Source of the DNA: Eledone cirrhosa
Taxonomy: Eukaryota
Length of the DNA stretch: 64,000 bases
Assembly (NCBI GenBank): GCA_964016885.1
Contig: OZ024741.1
Location: 391,282,001 to 391,346,000, forward strand
Direction: 5' to 3'
Part shown: piece after piece, positions 26,491 to 48,405 of the stretch
Layout of the letters: every line of letters begins with the position of its first letter
How positions within the stretch are numbered: position 1 is the first letter of the stretch
Program-made: the position numbers and the translations under genes
The notes under the pieces: model-generated
What the model saw: only the letters and a program-made list of their open reading frames with translations
Told to the model about the DNA's origin: nothing
Database searches by the model: none

Positions 26491-26505
26491 TATATATATA
26501 TATAG

Positions 26506-26577
<72 letters not shown>

Positions 26578-26581
26578 CATA

Positions 26582-26639
<58 letters not shown>

Positions 26640-26752
26640 TATATATATATATAGATATAGATATATATATATAGAGATATAGATATATATATATATAGAT
26701 ATAGATATATATATATATATATATAGATATATAGATATATATAGATATATAT

Positions 26753-26807
<55 letters not shown>

Positions 26808-26866
26808 TATAGATATATATATATAGATATATATAGATATATATATATATATATATATATAGATAT

Positions 26867-26919
<53 letters not shown>

Positions 26920-27259
26920 ATATATAGATATAGATATATATATATATATAGATATATATATATATATAGAATATTATTAGAAAGTGAGGTTCTTTTTTAT
27001 AAAATGAAAAATAACCGAGGTGTCCTACACGAGTGGAAGTATAAAGAAAAAGAGATGAAATCGAAAATGCAACTGAAGTCTTATTTTTTAAAAAATATAT
27101 ATATTTATTTGGTTCCTTTACCGGTTTCGCAGCTCTTCTGCTTTTCAAAAGGTGAGTTGAGATGGAGGGTCTGTGGTATTTCTCACATGGGATATATCTA
27201 TTTAGTCCAGAATTAGCCGTCGAAACGGCTTGAGCTCAGCTGTCGGGGTCTTACTGGTT

Positions 27260-27378
<119 letters not shown>

Positions 27379-27499
27379 ATATCTATATATATATATCTAT
27401 ATATATATCTATATATATATATCTATATATATATCTATATATATATCTATATATATATCTATATATATATCTATATATATATATATATCTATATATATA

Positions 27500-27584
<85 letters not shown>

Positions 27585-27587
27585 ATA

Positions 27588-27638
<51 letters not shown>

Positions 27639-27644
27639 ATATAT

Positions 27645-28330
27645 AACTTTGAATAACTTTGAAATGTTTTGGCCAGTATTGCCCAGGCCATGTCCAACTT
27701 AATAGCACCACCTGGCGAAGTCTTTCAATTCAGGATTTGGGCACCATGGCCCATTCGAGAAGAGAATTACTGTTTGCGGAGACATATCCGGGTGTGGGTG
27801 GTTTGTCCGGGATTACTTGGAGGAATTTGTCCAAAGACTTCTTGAATTTTGTGTGTGGTCAGTTTCTGTTTTGACGTGTCCTGGTGTGATGTTGAAGAGA
27901 GCAGGGCCGATTGAGGTGAAATAATTGTGCCGTATTGTTGTTATGAGTTGCGATTTAGATTTTTTGAATGGGACGGATAGCACAGGGCCCAAGCCTTGGG
28001 TGTATCTTGAAGGCGATGCCAACATCATTTGGGCAGTGATGATGGAACATTTTCCACATCATGCAGATAATATAACGCTCACAGCGACGTTGGAGTGAGT
28101 AAAGTTTCAGGTTTTCTAATCGACCCCAGTAGTCAAGGTCTGACATGCCATCTATCTTTTTCGTGATTGCCCCTTTGAGGAGCTTCAAGTTTCATGATAC
28201 TTTGTTTCGTGTAGGGAGACCACAGTGGACAACAGTATTCAAGGTGTGGTCGGGCAAAAGTAGAGAAGAGAAGGATAATGGTGCGGGAATCTCTCGACTG
28301 GAAGGTTCTGAGGATCCAGGAACACATTCT
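27645..28330 (-). mobile_element. Duplicate of the CR1-group fragment with frameshifting indels
   Basis: Near-identical to 25636-26320 apart from 1-2 bp indels in homopolymer or dinucleotide runs. Confidence 0.85.
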
Positions 28331-28343
28331 AGATATATATATA

Positions 28344-28454
<111 letters not shown>

Positions 28455-28464
28455 TATAGATATA

Positions 28465-28507
<43 letters not shown>

Positions 28508-28524
28508 TATATATATATATAGAT

Positions 28525-28562
<38 letters not shown>

Positions 28563-28563
28563 G

Positions 28564-28595
<32 letters not shown>

Positions 28596-28623
28596 CATAT
28601 ATATAATATATATATATATATAT

Positions 28624-28672
<49 letters not shown>

Positions 28673-28782
28673 TATATAGATATAGATATAGATATATAAT
28701 AGAGATATAGATATATATTATATATAGATATAGATATATATATTATATATATATAGATATATAGATATATATAGATATATAT

Positions 28783-28838
<56 letters not shown>

Positions 28839-28857
28839 AATATATATAGATATATAT

Positions 28858-28898
<41 letters not shown>

Positions 28899-28908
28899 TA
28901 TAGATATA

Positions 28909-28951
<43 letters not shown>

Positions 28952-29283
28952 TATATATAGATATATATAGATATAGATATATATATATATATATTATTAT
29001 TAGAAAGTGAGGTTCTTTTTTATAAAATGAAAAATAACCGAGGTGTCCTACACGAGTGGAAGTATAAAGAAAAAGAGATGAAATCGAAAATGCAACTGAA
29101 GTCTTATTTTTAAAAAAAATATATATATTTATTTGGTTCCTTTACCGGTTTCGCAGCTCTTCTGCTTTTCAAAAGGTGAGTTGAGATGGGGTCTGTGGTA
29201 TTTCTCACATGGGATATATCTATTTAGTCCAGAATTAGCCGTCGAAACGGCTTGAGCTCAGCTGTCAGGGTCTTACTGGTTCC

Positions 29284-29376
<93 letters not shown>

Positions 29377-29512
29377 CTATATATATATATCTATATATAT
29401 ATCTATATATATATAATCTATATATATATCTATATATATATCTATATATATATCTATATATATATCTATATATATATCTATATATATATCTATATATAAT
29501 ATATATATATAA

Positions 29513-29560
<48 letters not shown>

Positions 29561-29609
29561 TATATAGATATATATTATATATATAGATATAGAATATATA
29601 CATATATAG

Positions 29610-29640
<31 letters not shown>

Positions 29641-29680
29641 ATATATAGATATAGTATATATAGATATAGATATAATATAT

Positions 29681-30637
29681 ACTAGACATGAAAAATGCGC
29701 AAGCTCAAAAGTGCCACAGAATGTCATAATAAACCTTCAAAAGTGTGGGACTAGAGTTGTTGCTAAAAAATATTGTAATCATTATATATCGTACATTCTG
29801 TGGCATCCTTTATAAAAATAGCTTAAACCAACGAAGCCTTTATTTTTACGCTATTTCACTTAGTTAATTCTTAGAGTGTAACATATAAAAATATGATTTA
29901 CAACTATAAAATAAATTAATTAATATAATAACAGAGCTGCGGAGCTGAAATTTAGGAAATAATGGAGTATCGGATCCTGAGTTGGAGCCAGTCAATTTTT
30001 GGCCGACTCCGCAGCCCTGTATAATACATTTCATATTAAAGTTATTAATAAACCTATTTTACACTGCATGCAAATTACCATGAGATATTGATATTAGATA
30101 TAAGATACAGCGCAATATCTACAGCTGTAAAAGTACGAAAGCGAAGTAATAATAAGTGGCTTAAGGTAATTCCAATATGAAAGTTTGTAGTGATAAAAAT
30201 TTGATAATGCAATACGATTGTTAATATTATAGTTCTATGAAAATGTAACAATAGATAACTAAATTATTTTACTATTAGTATATTTAAGAAATTATCATTA
30301 TAGATTTGATCGTTCATATAAGCATCATATTCATTTTCAACACAATTATTTTGTTACTATGAGTATATGATAATAATATTACGTAATTATTTATAGCTGT
30401 TATTACATTAAACATAGATGTATTTATTTTTATATGTTACACTCTAAGAATTAACTAAGTGAAATAGCGTAAAAATAAAGGCTTCGTTGGTTTAAGTTAT
30501 TTTTATAAAGGATGCCACAGAATGTACGATATATAATGATTACAATATTTTTTAGCAACAACTCTAGTCCCACACTTTTGAAGGTTTATTATAACATTCT
30601 GTGGCACTTTTGAGCTTGCGCATTTTTCATGTCTAGT
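29681..30637. mobile_element. MITE/foldback-like element with ~213-bp terminal inverted repeats
   Basis: 29681-29893 is a near-perfect reverse complement of 30425-30637. No ORF and no clear TSD. Confidence 0.7.
29932..30019. mobile_element. Tiny hAT-like MITE nested in the foldback element
   Basis: TIRs cagagctgcggag / ctccgcagccctg, with flanks tataataa / tataatac (7 of 8 match, consistent with an 8-bp TSD). Confidence 0.55.
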
Positions 30638-31751
30638 TTAATATTTTTTTAAGGCAACGCTTGTAATAACTCTAGTTAAACAGGATATATATTAATAATA
30701 AATTATCGTTGTAATGTAATTAGATTATGTAATTGTTATTATAAATTATCTTATAAATATTAGTGTAAGATGTATAAAAATATTTTCAGACTTTTAATAT
30801 AAACAACTACAAAAAACAATCAATATTAAATCAATATATTATACATAATAGAAAACATAAAATAAACAATACAAAAACAAAATATTTACATACAATTGCA
30901 ATTATCAGTGTATATACATTTTCTTTATATTCCCTGAGCAAATTAATAAGATTTGTTTTTATTGTACATAATTTGATGACTTGTTGGAGTGTATTAAAAG
31001 ATAGCAACAATTTGTGATTAAATTGTTATCTTAAGCAACTCACTTTTTAATAGTTGTTGGCTGAGCGAAATTGTAAAAGCCTATGAGCAAATATAAAAAA
31101 AAATACACAAACAACATTTCCTTGTGTTATTACAACATTAGATAAAATAATTGAGCAATGTCGTTATATTTTGCTCTTATTGCACATTAATAGTGTTTCT
31201 ATTTTTCGGCACAAATCCATTACGGCAGTCCATTACTGGTACTTTATTTTATCGAATTAGTAAGTATGAAAGTCGAAGTTAACCTCGGCAGGATTTGAAC
31301 TTAGAATGCAAAGGACCATAACAATACTGCAAAGCATGGTGTCTGACGCTCTACCAATACTTGTGTTGAGCTGGTCATTAATTTATGGTGGTCGTGCGTG
31401 GAGTAGAGCAATCGCTAGTTGAAATATTATGAACAAAACATTTTTATTTGCCGAAGAACATATTTTCAATACTGTTTGTGAATGTGACGAAGGAAATACA
31501 TTCTGATATGGAACAGTGTACAAAGTGTGTCTGTGAATAACATAATGTTACCTCATGTTGTTGTCAAGACATAATGGATTTCGTTTATCCAGTTAGAAGA
31601 TGAAACCTAGCCATCTCGGATTAGTTATATTTCATGCCATGTGTAAACGTGTTTGAGGATAGCAAAATATGCGCGTTAATTATAATAATTAGTTAATAAT
31701 ATTACAAAATATACCTAATTAAACTCTTTGCTTGAAATTTTATCATTCTTC

Positions 31752-31834
<83 letters not shown>

Positions 31835-32058
31835 TCTAGTCCTTCGCTCAAGATTAATCTATAAGTTTAGATGTTTGCCTTCGTTTAAGTAAATATTACA
31901 GTAAGATTTTTAATATAAACAACTGCAAAAAACAATTAATATTAAAACGAAAAAATTATCAATGATAAAAGAAGCGGATGCAACTTTTTTTTTTATAAAG
32001 TTATATTCCTGTTTCTTTAAAGAACATTTCATTTTTGTTCTATTGTAGGCGAAATAAT

Positions 32059-32244
32059 TGTTTCTACTTTAGGCACAAGGCCAGCAAATTACCCAGTACA
32101 TTACTGGTACTTTATTTTATCGACCCCGTAAGGATGAAAGGCAAAGTTAACCTCGGCGGGATTTGAACTCAGACTGTAAAGGGACGTAACTATGCTAGAA
32201 AGCATGGCGTCCAACCCTCTACCGATACTGCCAATTCACCGCCC
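32059..32244 (-). mobile_element. Full-length tRNA-derived SINE with a 15-bp TSD
   Basis: tgtaggcgaaataat at 32044-32058 and 32245-32259. A and B boxes as in 15126-15318. Confidence 0.9.
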
Positions 32245-33509
32245 TGTAGGCGAAATAATGCAATGGTTTAATAGGGAAGATATAACTTACGAATTATGTC
32301 TCTAACCGTGTAACGCTTTTTAAGTAGATAACTACAATTGAAAATACTAAAGAAATGGAACCAACAATTCAATTTGAAAGTCGTCTAGTGACAGTGTATT
32401 ACTGGTACTTTATTTTATCGACCCCGTAACGATGAAAGGCAAAAATGCAAATGCTTAAAATTTAAATTGCCTTAATTCTATCGTCTGCTGTTTCATTAAA
32501 GGGAGATTATCGTCTGTATTTAATTCTATCGTCTACTGTTCCACTAAACAGATATACCTCCACTATCGTCTCTATTTATACATTTTAACTTATAACTTAT
32601 ACACATTTGATTTGAAATATTTTATCTAGTCCCCCCTCTCAATATTATGATGATTTCTTTCGAATGAAACAGTTCTAGTCCTGTAGAAGCCATTTATATA
32701 TATAATTGAACTGAGTTAAAAATTCACAATATTTATAATTAAATAAGCTCATATATATATGTGTGTATTTATCTGTTTATTGTATTATATATAATGTGTG
32801 TATATACAGGATGTCCCCCAAAAATATATACACACTTCAACAGCATTCTAATAACTATTGCCTGTACAGGTAATCAAAGTGTCAATCGAATGTTAGTTTC
32901 GTGTTTTAACAGTACAAATTTACAATACACACATAAAACCAGTGTATATACATACATGAGTGTGTATACACATACATGAATGTGTATATACAATATATAT
33001 GTATATATATATATAGACACATGTATTCACGGTGCAACGGTACATTAAAATATAGATGCGGGAGAGGGGGTGTATATATAGGGGCGCTGGGGATAAAGGA
33101 GTGTAAAGCGTGTGTAATTGATATATTGAAGGAGAGGAGCGTGCAGCGATAGAGTAACAAATATATAGAGAGGGGGAGAGATGGTATTGAAGGGGAGGAG
33201 TGCAAAGCGAAAGAGTAAGAGATATAAATAGAGACGGAACAGATAGAGAGAAACAGGCGTAAGTAACAGTGGAAGAGATATAGAGAGAGGTACTCTGATT
33301 GGTTGAAAATTAGCCAATCACATACGATCACCACCACGGCTATCCCCGAAAAATTTTTAAAGAAGCTAGGCATATATGTTAGAACACGAAAAGTGAACAT
33401 TCTGTGTTTCACACTTTTCGTGTTCTAACAGATATAGAATAAAATACTTTTATATAATATATAATATAGAATAAAATACTTTTATATAATATATAATATA
33501 TAATATAGA

Positions 33510-33709
33510 NNNNNNNNNNNNNNNNNNNNNNNNNNNNNNNNNNNNNNNNNNNNNNNNNNNNNNNNNNNNNNNNNNNNNNNNNNNNNNNNNNNNNNNNNNN
33601 NNNNNNNNNNNNNNNNNNNNNNNNNNNNNNNNNNNNNNNNNNNNNNNNNNNNNNNNNNNNNNNNNNNNNNNNNNNNNNNNNNNNNNNNNNNNNNNNNNNN
33701 NNNNNNNNN
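33510..33709. other. Assembly gap (200 N)
   Basis: Run of Ns next to a TA tract. Confidence 0.99.
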
Positions 33710-33718
33710 ACATATATA

Positions 33719-33846
<128 letters not shown>

Positions 33847-33887
33847 GTATATATATATATATATGTATATATATGTATATATATATG

Positions 33888-34177
<290 letters not shown>

Positions 34178-34185
34178 TATGTATT

Positions 34186-34378
<193 letters not shown>

Positions 34379-34389
34379 GTATATATATG

Positions 34390-34421
<32 letters not shown>

Positions 34422-34422
<1 letters not shown>

Positions 34423-35250
34423 TACTCTTTTACTCTTTTACCTGTTTCAGCCATCCGGCTGAGGCCATGCTGGGGCACCGCCCTTGTTGCTACACATTTT
34501 ATCTCCAGCCTGTATAGGTTGGCCACTGGTGTAGGAGGGAGTTTGTTGCTGCTGCCCTTAGGTTTCCCTCGTGTCTTGCTGTGGGCTCATCCGGGATCCT
34601 GGATAACAAGGTGTCGAGATGTTTCTTAAAGACATCCACCTCCACGTCATGCAAGTCTCGCAGATGCCTCGGCAGCCTGTTGAAGAGTTGAGGGCCCTTG
34701 AATCCCAGGCTATTGCAATACCTGCTCCTTATTCTAGATGTGGAAGACGGGACCTTTGGCACCAGACAGTGACGTCCTGTTCGACGGTTGGTCCAGCTCC
34801 CAATGCCAAAGTTTGGTGCTAGTCCCTCCAGGATTTTCCACATGTAGATCACTGCGTATCTCTCCCGTCTTCGCTCCAAGGAGTAGAGGTTCAGTTCCTT
34901 CAGCCTCTCCCAGTAGCTTGTCTCCCTCATCTTGGCAATCCTCTTGGTGTAGCTTCGCTGGATTGCCTCAAGCTCTGTGGTTAGTTTGACACTATGGGGT
35001 GACCACAGCTGGGAGCAGTAGTCCAGGCGGCTTAGGACAAAAGTCCTCCACAGTGTCAACATGGTGTCTCGATCTCTTGTAAGGAAAGTCCTCAAGATCC
35101 AGCCAGCGAATCGTCTACATGCTGTCGCCACCTTCATGATGTGTGAAGAAAAAGATGCATCATCGCTCATGTCTATGCCCAGGTCTCGTATCGATTTTGA
35201 CACGGGGATATCGGTCCCTCCTGGTCCTGTGTAGCTGTGTTCCGCTATAT
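34422..35250 (-). mobile_element. CR1-group LINE 3' fragment (second family) with an intact 3' tail
   Basis: IRDLGIDM...GWILRTF...[12 protein letters not shown]...[19 protein letters not shown], stop at 34499, tail of gtaaaaga repeats. Confidence 0.88.
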
Positions 35251-35277
35251 TTGTGTTTGTGTTTGCAGGTTTGTATT

Positions 35278-37715
<2,438 letters not shown>

Positions 37716-38325
37716 TGGTGTGGTGGCTGCCAACTCGTTTTCGAGTACGGCCACTGCTTTATATCCATGTAGGAGAACCCCTACCGATGCGCTGAACGAA
37801 TGTGACTTTTTAGTCCAGCCAGCGACTTGAAAACTCTGGTACAAAGACTACACTTGTGACCATTATTGACACATAGTGCATCATATTGACCATGTGATGA
37901 CAAGTGCAGAGAGATCTCCAGATATAAAGCAATGCTGTGCTGTGAAGCTTTTATAGTGAGCAAAGGCACTGCACAAAGCCAGTCCCACTCTCTTAACCAA
38001 GATGATATTTACCAAAAAGAAGAACAAGTCAACATCATTGGATACCATCAGGGTTGCAGGTGTTATATCAGAGTTTTCCTTCTCCTAGAATTCTGCCTTG
38101 ACAAAGGCTAAGGGGTCATCTCTCCCGGTGATTTTGGATGGCTATTGAGTCTTAAGAGCTCCCTTGCCCTTTGACAGGTTTTGTTTTTAGTCCTGCAGGA
38201 TGTCCAAAGTCACCCTCCTCACCAAGAAACCTTGGTGGGGTTGCCAGTTTAGTCGCCAACGACCCGACCATGAGACAGGTTGTACTGGGATACATGTTAC
38301 CAGTAGCACCAACTGGTGACCTGAC
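37716..38325 (-). mobile_element. Internally deleted RTE-derived non-autonomous element
   Basis: Carries an RTE-type terminal C2H2 finger ([24 protein letters not shown]) just before the 3' end, and a 5'-UTR-like part with agaaggaaaactctga. Confidence 0.6.
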
Positions 38326-38338
38326 ATAATATATATAC

Positions 38339-38417
<79 letters not shown>

Positions 38418-38454
38418 CATATATATATATATTTACATATATATATATATTTAC

Positions 38455-38507
<53 letters not shown>

Positions 38508-38510
38508 CAC

Positions 38511-38698
<188 letters not shown>

Positions 38699-38727
38699 GT
38701 ATATATATATATGTATATATATATATG

Positions 38728-38790
<63 letters not shown>

Positions 38791-38871
38791 GTATATATAT
38801 ATATGTATATATATATGTATATATATATATGTATATATATATATGTATATATATATGTATATATATATATG

Positions 38872-38968
<97 letters not shown>

Positions 38969-38969
38969 G

Positions 38970-39000
<31 letters not shown>

Positions 39001-39013
39001 GTATATATATATG

Positions 39014-39078
<65 letters not shown>

Positions 39079-39103
39079 GTATATATATATGTATATATAT
39101 ATG

Positions 39104-39190
<87 letters not shown>

Positions 39191-39191
<1 letters not shown>

Positions 39192-40418
39192 GGAACCAGT
39201 AAGACCCCGACAGCTGAGCTCAAGCTGTTTCGACGGCTAATTCTGGACTAAATGAAAATTTATCCTGGTATTTAAATAGCCGATCTTCTCAAGGGGTAAT
39301 TCCATATATGGTCAAAGTGATTGTCAAAAATCAGTAGTAATTCTGTGGTTGCAAATTAGTAGGGGAGATGGTGGCTAAACCTGCCAGTAGGAGGAAGAGG
39401 GGAGGGGGTGGAGTAGACCCAATCAAGCATTGGTAGTGCCAGCTACTGCTGGGCATGAGGTCAAAGAAGATACAGGGGAGGGGGAGGAAGTCGGAACGGT
39501 AGGTAGAACAATGGGGGGTAGAAATATATAGGAAAGAAAAAATACTGAGAGTGAAGAAAAGCAAATAAGTGTAAAGAAAAAAGTAAAGTAAATTAAATTC
39601 TACGACCTAGGTCTCTAGCTATTGTTAGGCTAGAATTATTATCTCGTACAAGTTCACTTTGCTGCACTGGGTCGTTGCTGGCATTGTGCCCGTGATGGAA
39701 ACCTTCATTGTTTATTTCGTGGTAGTCTCTTTAGTATTTTGGCCCTTTTGTTGACCCGTCACCGTATCATTTACGTACTTATACCTCTTAAAAGGGTCCT
39801 TGCCTATTTCGTCCCACCTAGTTCTTTTACTTATTTCGTTATTTCTTTATTTATTTATTTCTTTACTTCTTTCTTTCTTTCTTTATTTTATTCTAGCCTA
39901 ACAATAGCTAGAGACCTAGGTCGTAGAATTTAATTTACTTTACTTTTTTCTTTACACTTATTTGCTTTTCTTCACTCTCAGTAATTTTTCTTTCCTATAT
40001 ATTTCTACCCCCCATTGTTCTACCTACCGTTGCGACTTCCTCCCCCTCCCCCTCCCCTGTATCTTCTTTGACCTCATGCCCAGCTGTAGCTGGCACTACC
40101 AAACGCTTGATTGGGTCTACTCCACCCCCTCCCCTCTTTCTCCTACTGGCAGGTTTAGCCACCATCTCCCTACTAATTTGCAACCACAGAACTACTACTG
40201 ATTTTTGACAATCACTTTGACCATATATGGAATTACCCCTTGAGAAGATCGGCTATTTAAATACCAGGATAAATTTTCATTTAGTCCAGAATTAGCCGTC
40301 GAAACGGCTTGAGCTCAGCTGTCGGGGTCTTACTGGTTCCTATTACCCACTCTACTACATCAAGTATTGAGTACTTTGGTGCGTTATGGTCCACCTGGTT
40401 CCTTACCACATTCCTTCG

Positions 40419-40420
<2 letters not shown>
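39191..40420. mobile_element. Inverted non-coding element (arms of about 450 bp) with a U3-A8 HHR in each arm
   Basis: 39191-39640 is the reverse complement of about 39890-40342. The right arm has an additional 78-bp tail. Flanked by TA tracts. Confidence 0.88.
40229..40340 (+). ncRNA. Full-size type I hammerhead ribozyme, U3-A8 core variant (copy at 39192-39303 -)
   Basis: ggaatt-acccc-TTGAGAA-gatcggcta...tagccgtc-GAA-Acggct-tgagctc-agctgT-C-ggggt-cttact-ggttcc, with a GUC cleavage triplet. Confidence 0.8.
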
Positions 40421-40462
<42 letters not shown>

Positions 40463-40470
40463 TATATATA

Positions 40471-40547
<77 letters not shown>

Positions 40548-40549
40548 CA

Positions 40550-41020
40550 TGTAAAGTTATATTTAAAATTGTTGGGTACAACTAGTAAATATTTATAACT
40601 GATATAAAAGCACTCGACAAATATTTGGAGTATATTTACAATATTAAATAAATGGAAAACTATATTTATAAAACCATATCTATTTCATTATATATATTTC
40701 GGGGATATCATATTAACAATATGCTATGCCTTCATCAGACAAAATACAATATAAACAGTTTTATAGATAAATATATTCGACATACCGTAATAAACATCAA
40801 CTTCATTTGGAGAGGTTTACGCTAGCAGTAATCTGCTAGCGTAAACCTCTCCAAATGAAGTTGATGTTATTACGGTATGTCGAATATATTTATCTATAAA
40901 ACTGTTTATATTGTATTTTGTCTGATGAAGCATAGCATATTGTTAATATGATATCCCCGAAATATATATAATGAAATAGATATGGATTTATAAATATAGT
41001 TTTCCATTTATTTAATATTG
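40550..41020. mobile_element. Second locus of the 22627-23064 palindromic HHR element (HHRs at 40681-40746 - and 40914-40978 +)
   Basis: Same sequence with CTGATGA (N7 differs), a different inversion point, and the tail on the left arm. Confidence 0.85.
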
Positions 41021-41022
41021 TA

Positions 41023-41100
<78 letters not shown>

Positions 41101-41107
41101 TATTATG

Positions 41108-41146
<39 letters not shown>

Positions 41147-41151
41147 GTATA

Positions 41152-41259
<108 letters not shown>

Positions 41260-41271
41260 TGTATATATATG

Positions 41272-41302
<31 letters not shown>

Positions 41303-41310
41303 GTATATAT

Positions 41311-41342
<32 letters not shown>

Positions 41343-41353
41343 GTATATATATG

Positions 41354-41384
<31 letters not shown>

Positions 41385-41418
41385 GTATATATATATATAT
41401 GTATATGTATATATATGT

Positions 41419-41449
<31 letters not shown>

Positions 41450-41456
41450 ATATATG

Positions 41457-41505
<49 letters not shown>

Positions 41506-41692
41506 ATATATGTATATATATATATATATATGTATGTATATATATGTATATATATATATATGTATATATATGTATGTATATATATGTATATATATATATA
41601 TATATGTATGTATATATATGTATATATATATATATGTATATATATATGTATATATATGTATATATATATATATAATATATGTATATTATATG

Positions 41693-41761
<69 letters not shown>

Positions 41762-41762
41762 G

Positions 41763-42001
<239 letters not shown>

Positions 42002-42007
42002 TATATA

Positions 42008-42473
<466 letters not shown>

Positions 42474-42507
42474 TATATATATATGTATATATATATATAT
42501 ATGTATG

Positions 42508-42739
<232 letters not shown>

Positions 42740-42748
42740 GTATATATA

Positions 42749-42814
<66 letters not shown>

Positions 42815-42815
42815 C

Positions 42816-42846
<31 letters not shown>

Positions 42847-42902
42847 CTATGTATATATATATATATATATATATATCTATGTATATATATATATATATCT
42901 AT

Positions 42903-43261
<359 letters not shown>

Positions 43262-43328
43262 TATATATATAATATATATGTATATATATGTATATATATA
43301 TATCTATATATATATATATATATATATC

Positions 43329-46340
<3,012 letters not shown>

Positions 46341-46343
46341 GTA

Positions 46344-46554
<211 letters not shown>

Positions 46555-46827
46555 TTTTTCTCGCGAGTCAGTTCTTTCGTAGCTACGGACCCCGCGGCTG
46601 AATTACCGGTCACTATCTTCAATTTGCAAAGCCCTTTAAACTGTATGTTATTGCTCTGAGGTTTTATACTCGTCGAGTGCTTGGCTGCACTTCTGAATGC
46701 ATTCGTCGGCTTAGCTGCGGCTCGCGCTTCGAATATGCTGTACTTCCATTTATATATATATATGTACCGAAGTACTTCCACAACAGTTAGTTCACCATAC
46801 CGAGAACACACACACACACACACACAC

Positions 46828-46867
<40 letters not shown>

Positions 46868-46993
46868 AAGAGGGTGTGGTAAGATACCAGGTGGACCATA
46901 ACGCACCAGAGTACTCAATACTTAGGGTAGTAGAGTGGGTAATAGGAAAATATTGAGGCCGGCTGAGCTCCGGCCGTTTCGACAGCTAGATTT

Positions 46994-47056
<63 letters not shown>

Positions 47057-47245
47057 CGTTTCTGAATTTGTTTAGCAAGATTCTTTATCTGAAAACATGT
47101 GTTGAAACCGATATTGTTATACTTTGTGAGGCTCATGTTTCCAATAAGGAACACACGAGTTTAATTATTTTATATATTTTATATATATATATATATACTT
47201 GCACTGTAATTACTCCCGATTAAACCCGGGACTAACTTGCACACA

Positions 47246-47337
<92 letters not shown>

Positions 47338-47532
47338 CATGGGATAACAAGTTATCGTTATAGGTGATCCACTTAGAGGTAGTCCGGCTAGAGTACTCCG
47401 TGTTGTGAATGGTTTTAACGTGCGGCTTAGTTTGACTCAACAAGATGCTTCCATAGCGAGTTCGCGGTAGTCTCTATGCAGGTTATACTTGGAGTAACAT
47501 GGTTGGCTGTACAATAACGGCTTTATTCAAAT

Positions 47533-47642
47533 TTGTGACAATTGTTTCGTTGATCTGTTGCATCTAGAGTTCGCTAATCGCTTGATGCTGCGCCAATTGA
47601 TCTCCGATACGTTGTTTACAACCAGTCAACACATCAGAGCAA
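47533..47642 (-). ncRNA. HHR-like motif with a long stem II, in inverted mini-element 47338-47730
   Basis: ttgct-CTGATGT-gttga...tcaac-GAAA-caattg-TC-acaa. A9 is replaced by U, and the opposite arm has an internal deletion. Confidence 0.55.
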
Positions 47643-47929
47643 GTGGATATCCACTTGCTCTGATGTGTTGATTGTCACCAATTTGAATAAAGCCCTTATT
47701 GTACAGCCAACCATGTTACTCTTCTTTCTTTAAATATATATATAATATTAAAGATACTATTTATAGCTATGTATATTTTAAACTATAAACAACTATAAAC
47801 AGGGAAGGTCAGTAATTTATTACTACCTTATTACCAGTAAGATAAATAGCTCAATGTAAGAACATCTGTTGCTTTACATAGCAGTTATATTAAATTCACA
47901 AATCAAAGCTATGTTCAAAACATTTATCC

Positions 47930-47974
47930 GCTGACAATTGTTTCTTCCAAGCCTAGGCTTGGAGTCTTCGGAGC
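47930..47974 (-). ncRNA. HHR with CCGAAGA core (same family as 59764-60038)
   Basis: gct-CCGAAGA-ctccaagc-ctag-gcttggaa-GAAA-caattg-TC-agc. Confidence 0.7.
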
Positions 47975-48248
47975 ATTTTTAATGTTTGTACATATATAAT
48001 TTACGTCCTACTCAACGTAAGAGACTTACAGATACATATATATATATATATATTGATGTACAGTGTGGAGTTGATGCGACACATATTATATTATACTATA
48101 TTTGTACAGTAATTCAAATTAAGATTAAAATTCAAAAACAAGATTAAAAGCATAGGTTGGAATACATGCGACATATAACACAGATAATACAGGAGAATAT
48201 TATGGTGGTTGCAGTGTGAGGATATTTTCTGTATAGTTTAAATTTGTA

Positions 48249-48405
<157 letters not shown>

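Noticed and set aside
32805-32830. Tc1/mariner-like TIR start (tacaggatgtcccc)
   Set aside because: No partner TIR was found before the assembly gap.
38240-38325. HDV-like ribozyme at the 5' end of the RTE derivative
   Set aside because: A CTAA followed by a P2-like pairing is present, but I could not build P1, P3 and P1.1 by eye.
46560-46630. Minus-strand TTGAAGA...GAAA motif
   Set aside because: Stems I and III are unconvincing.
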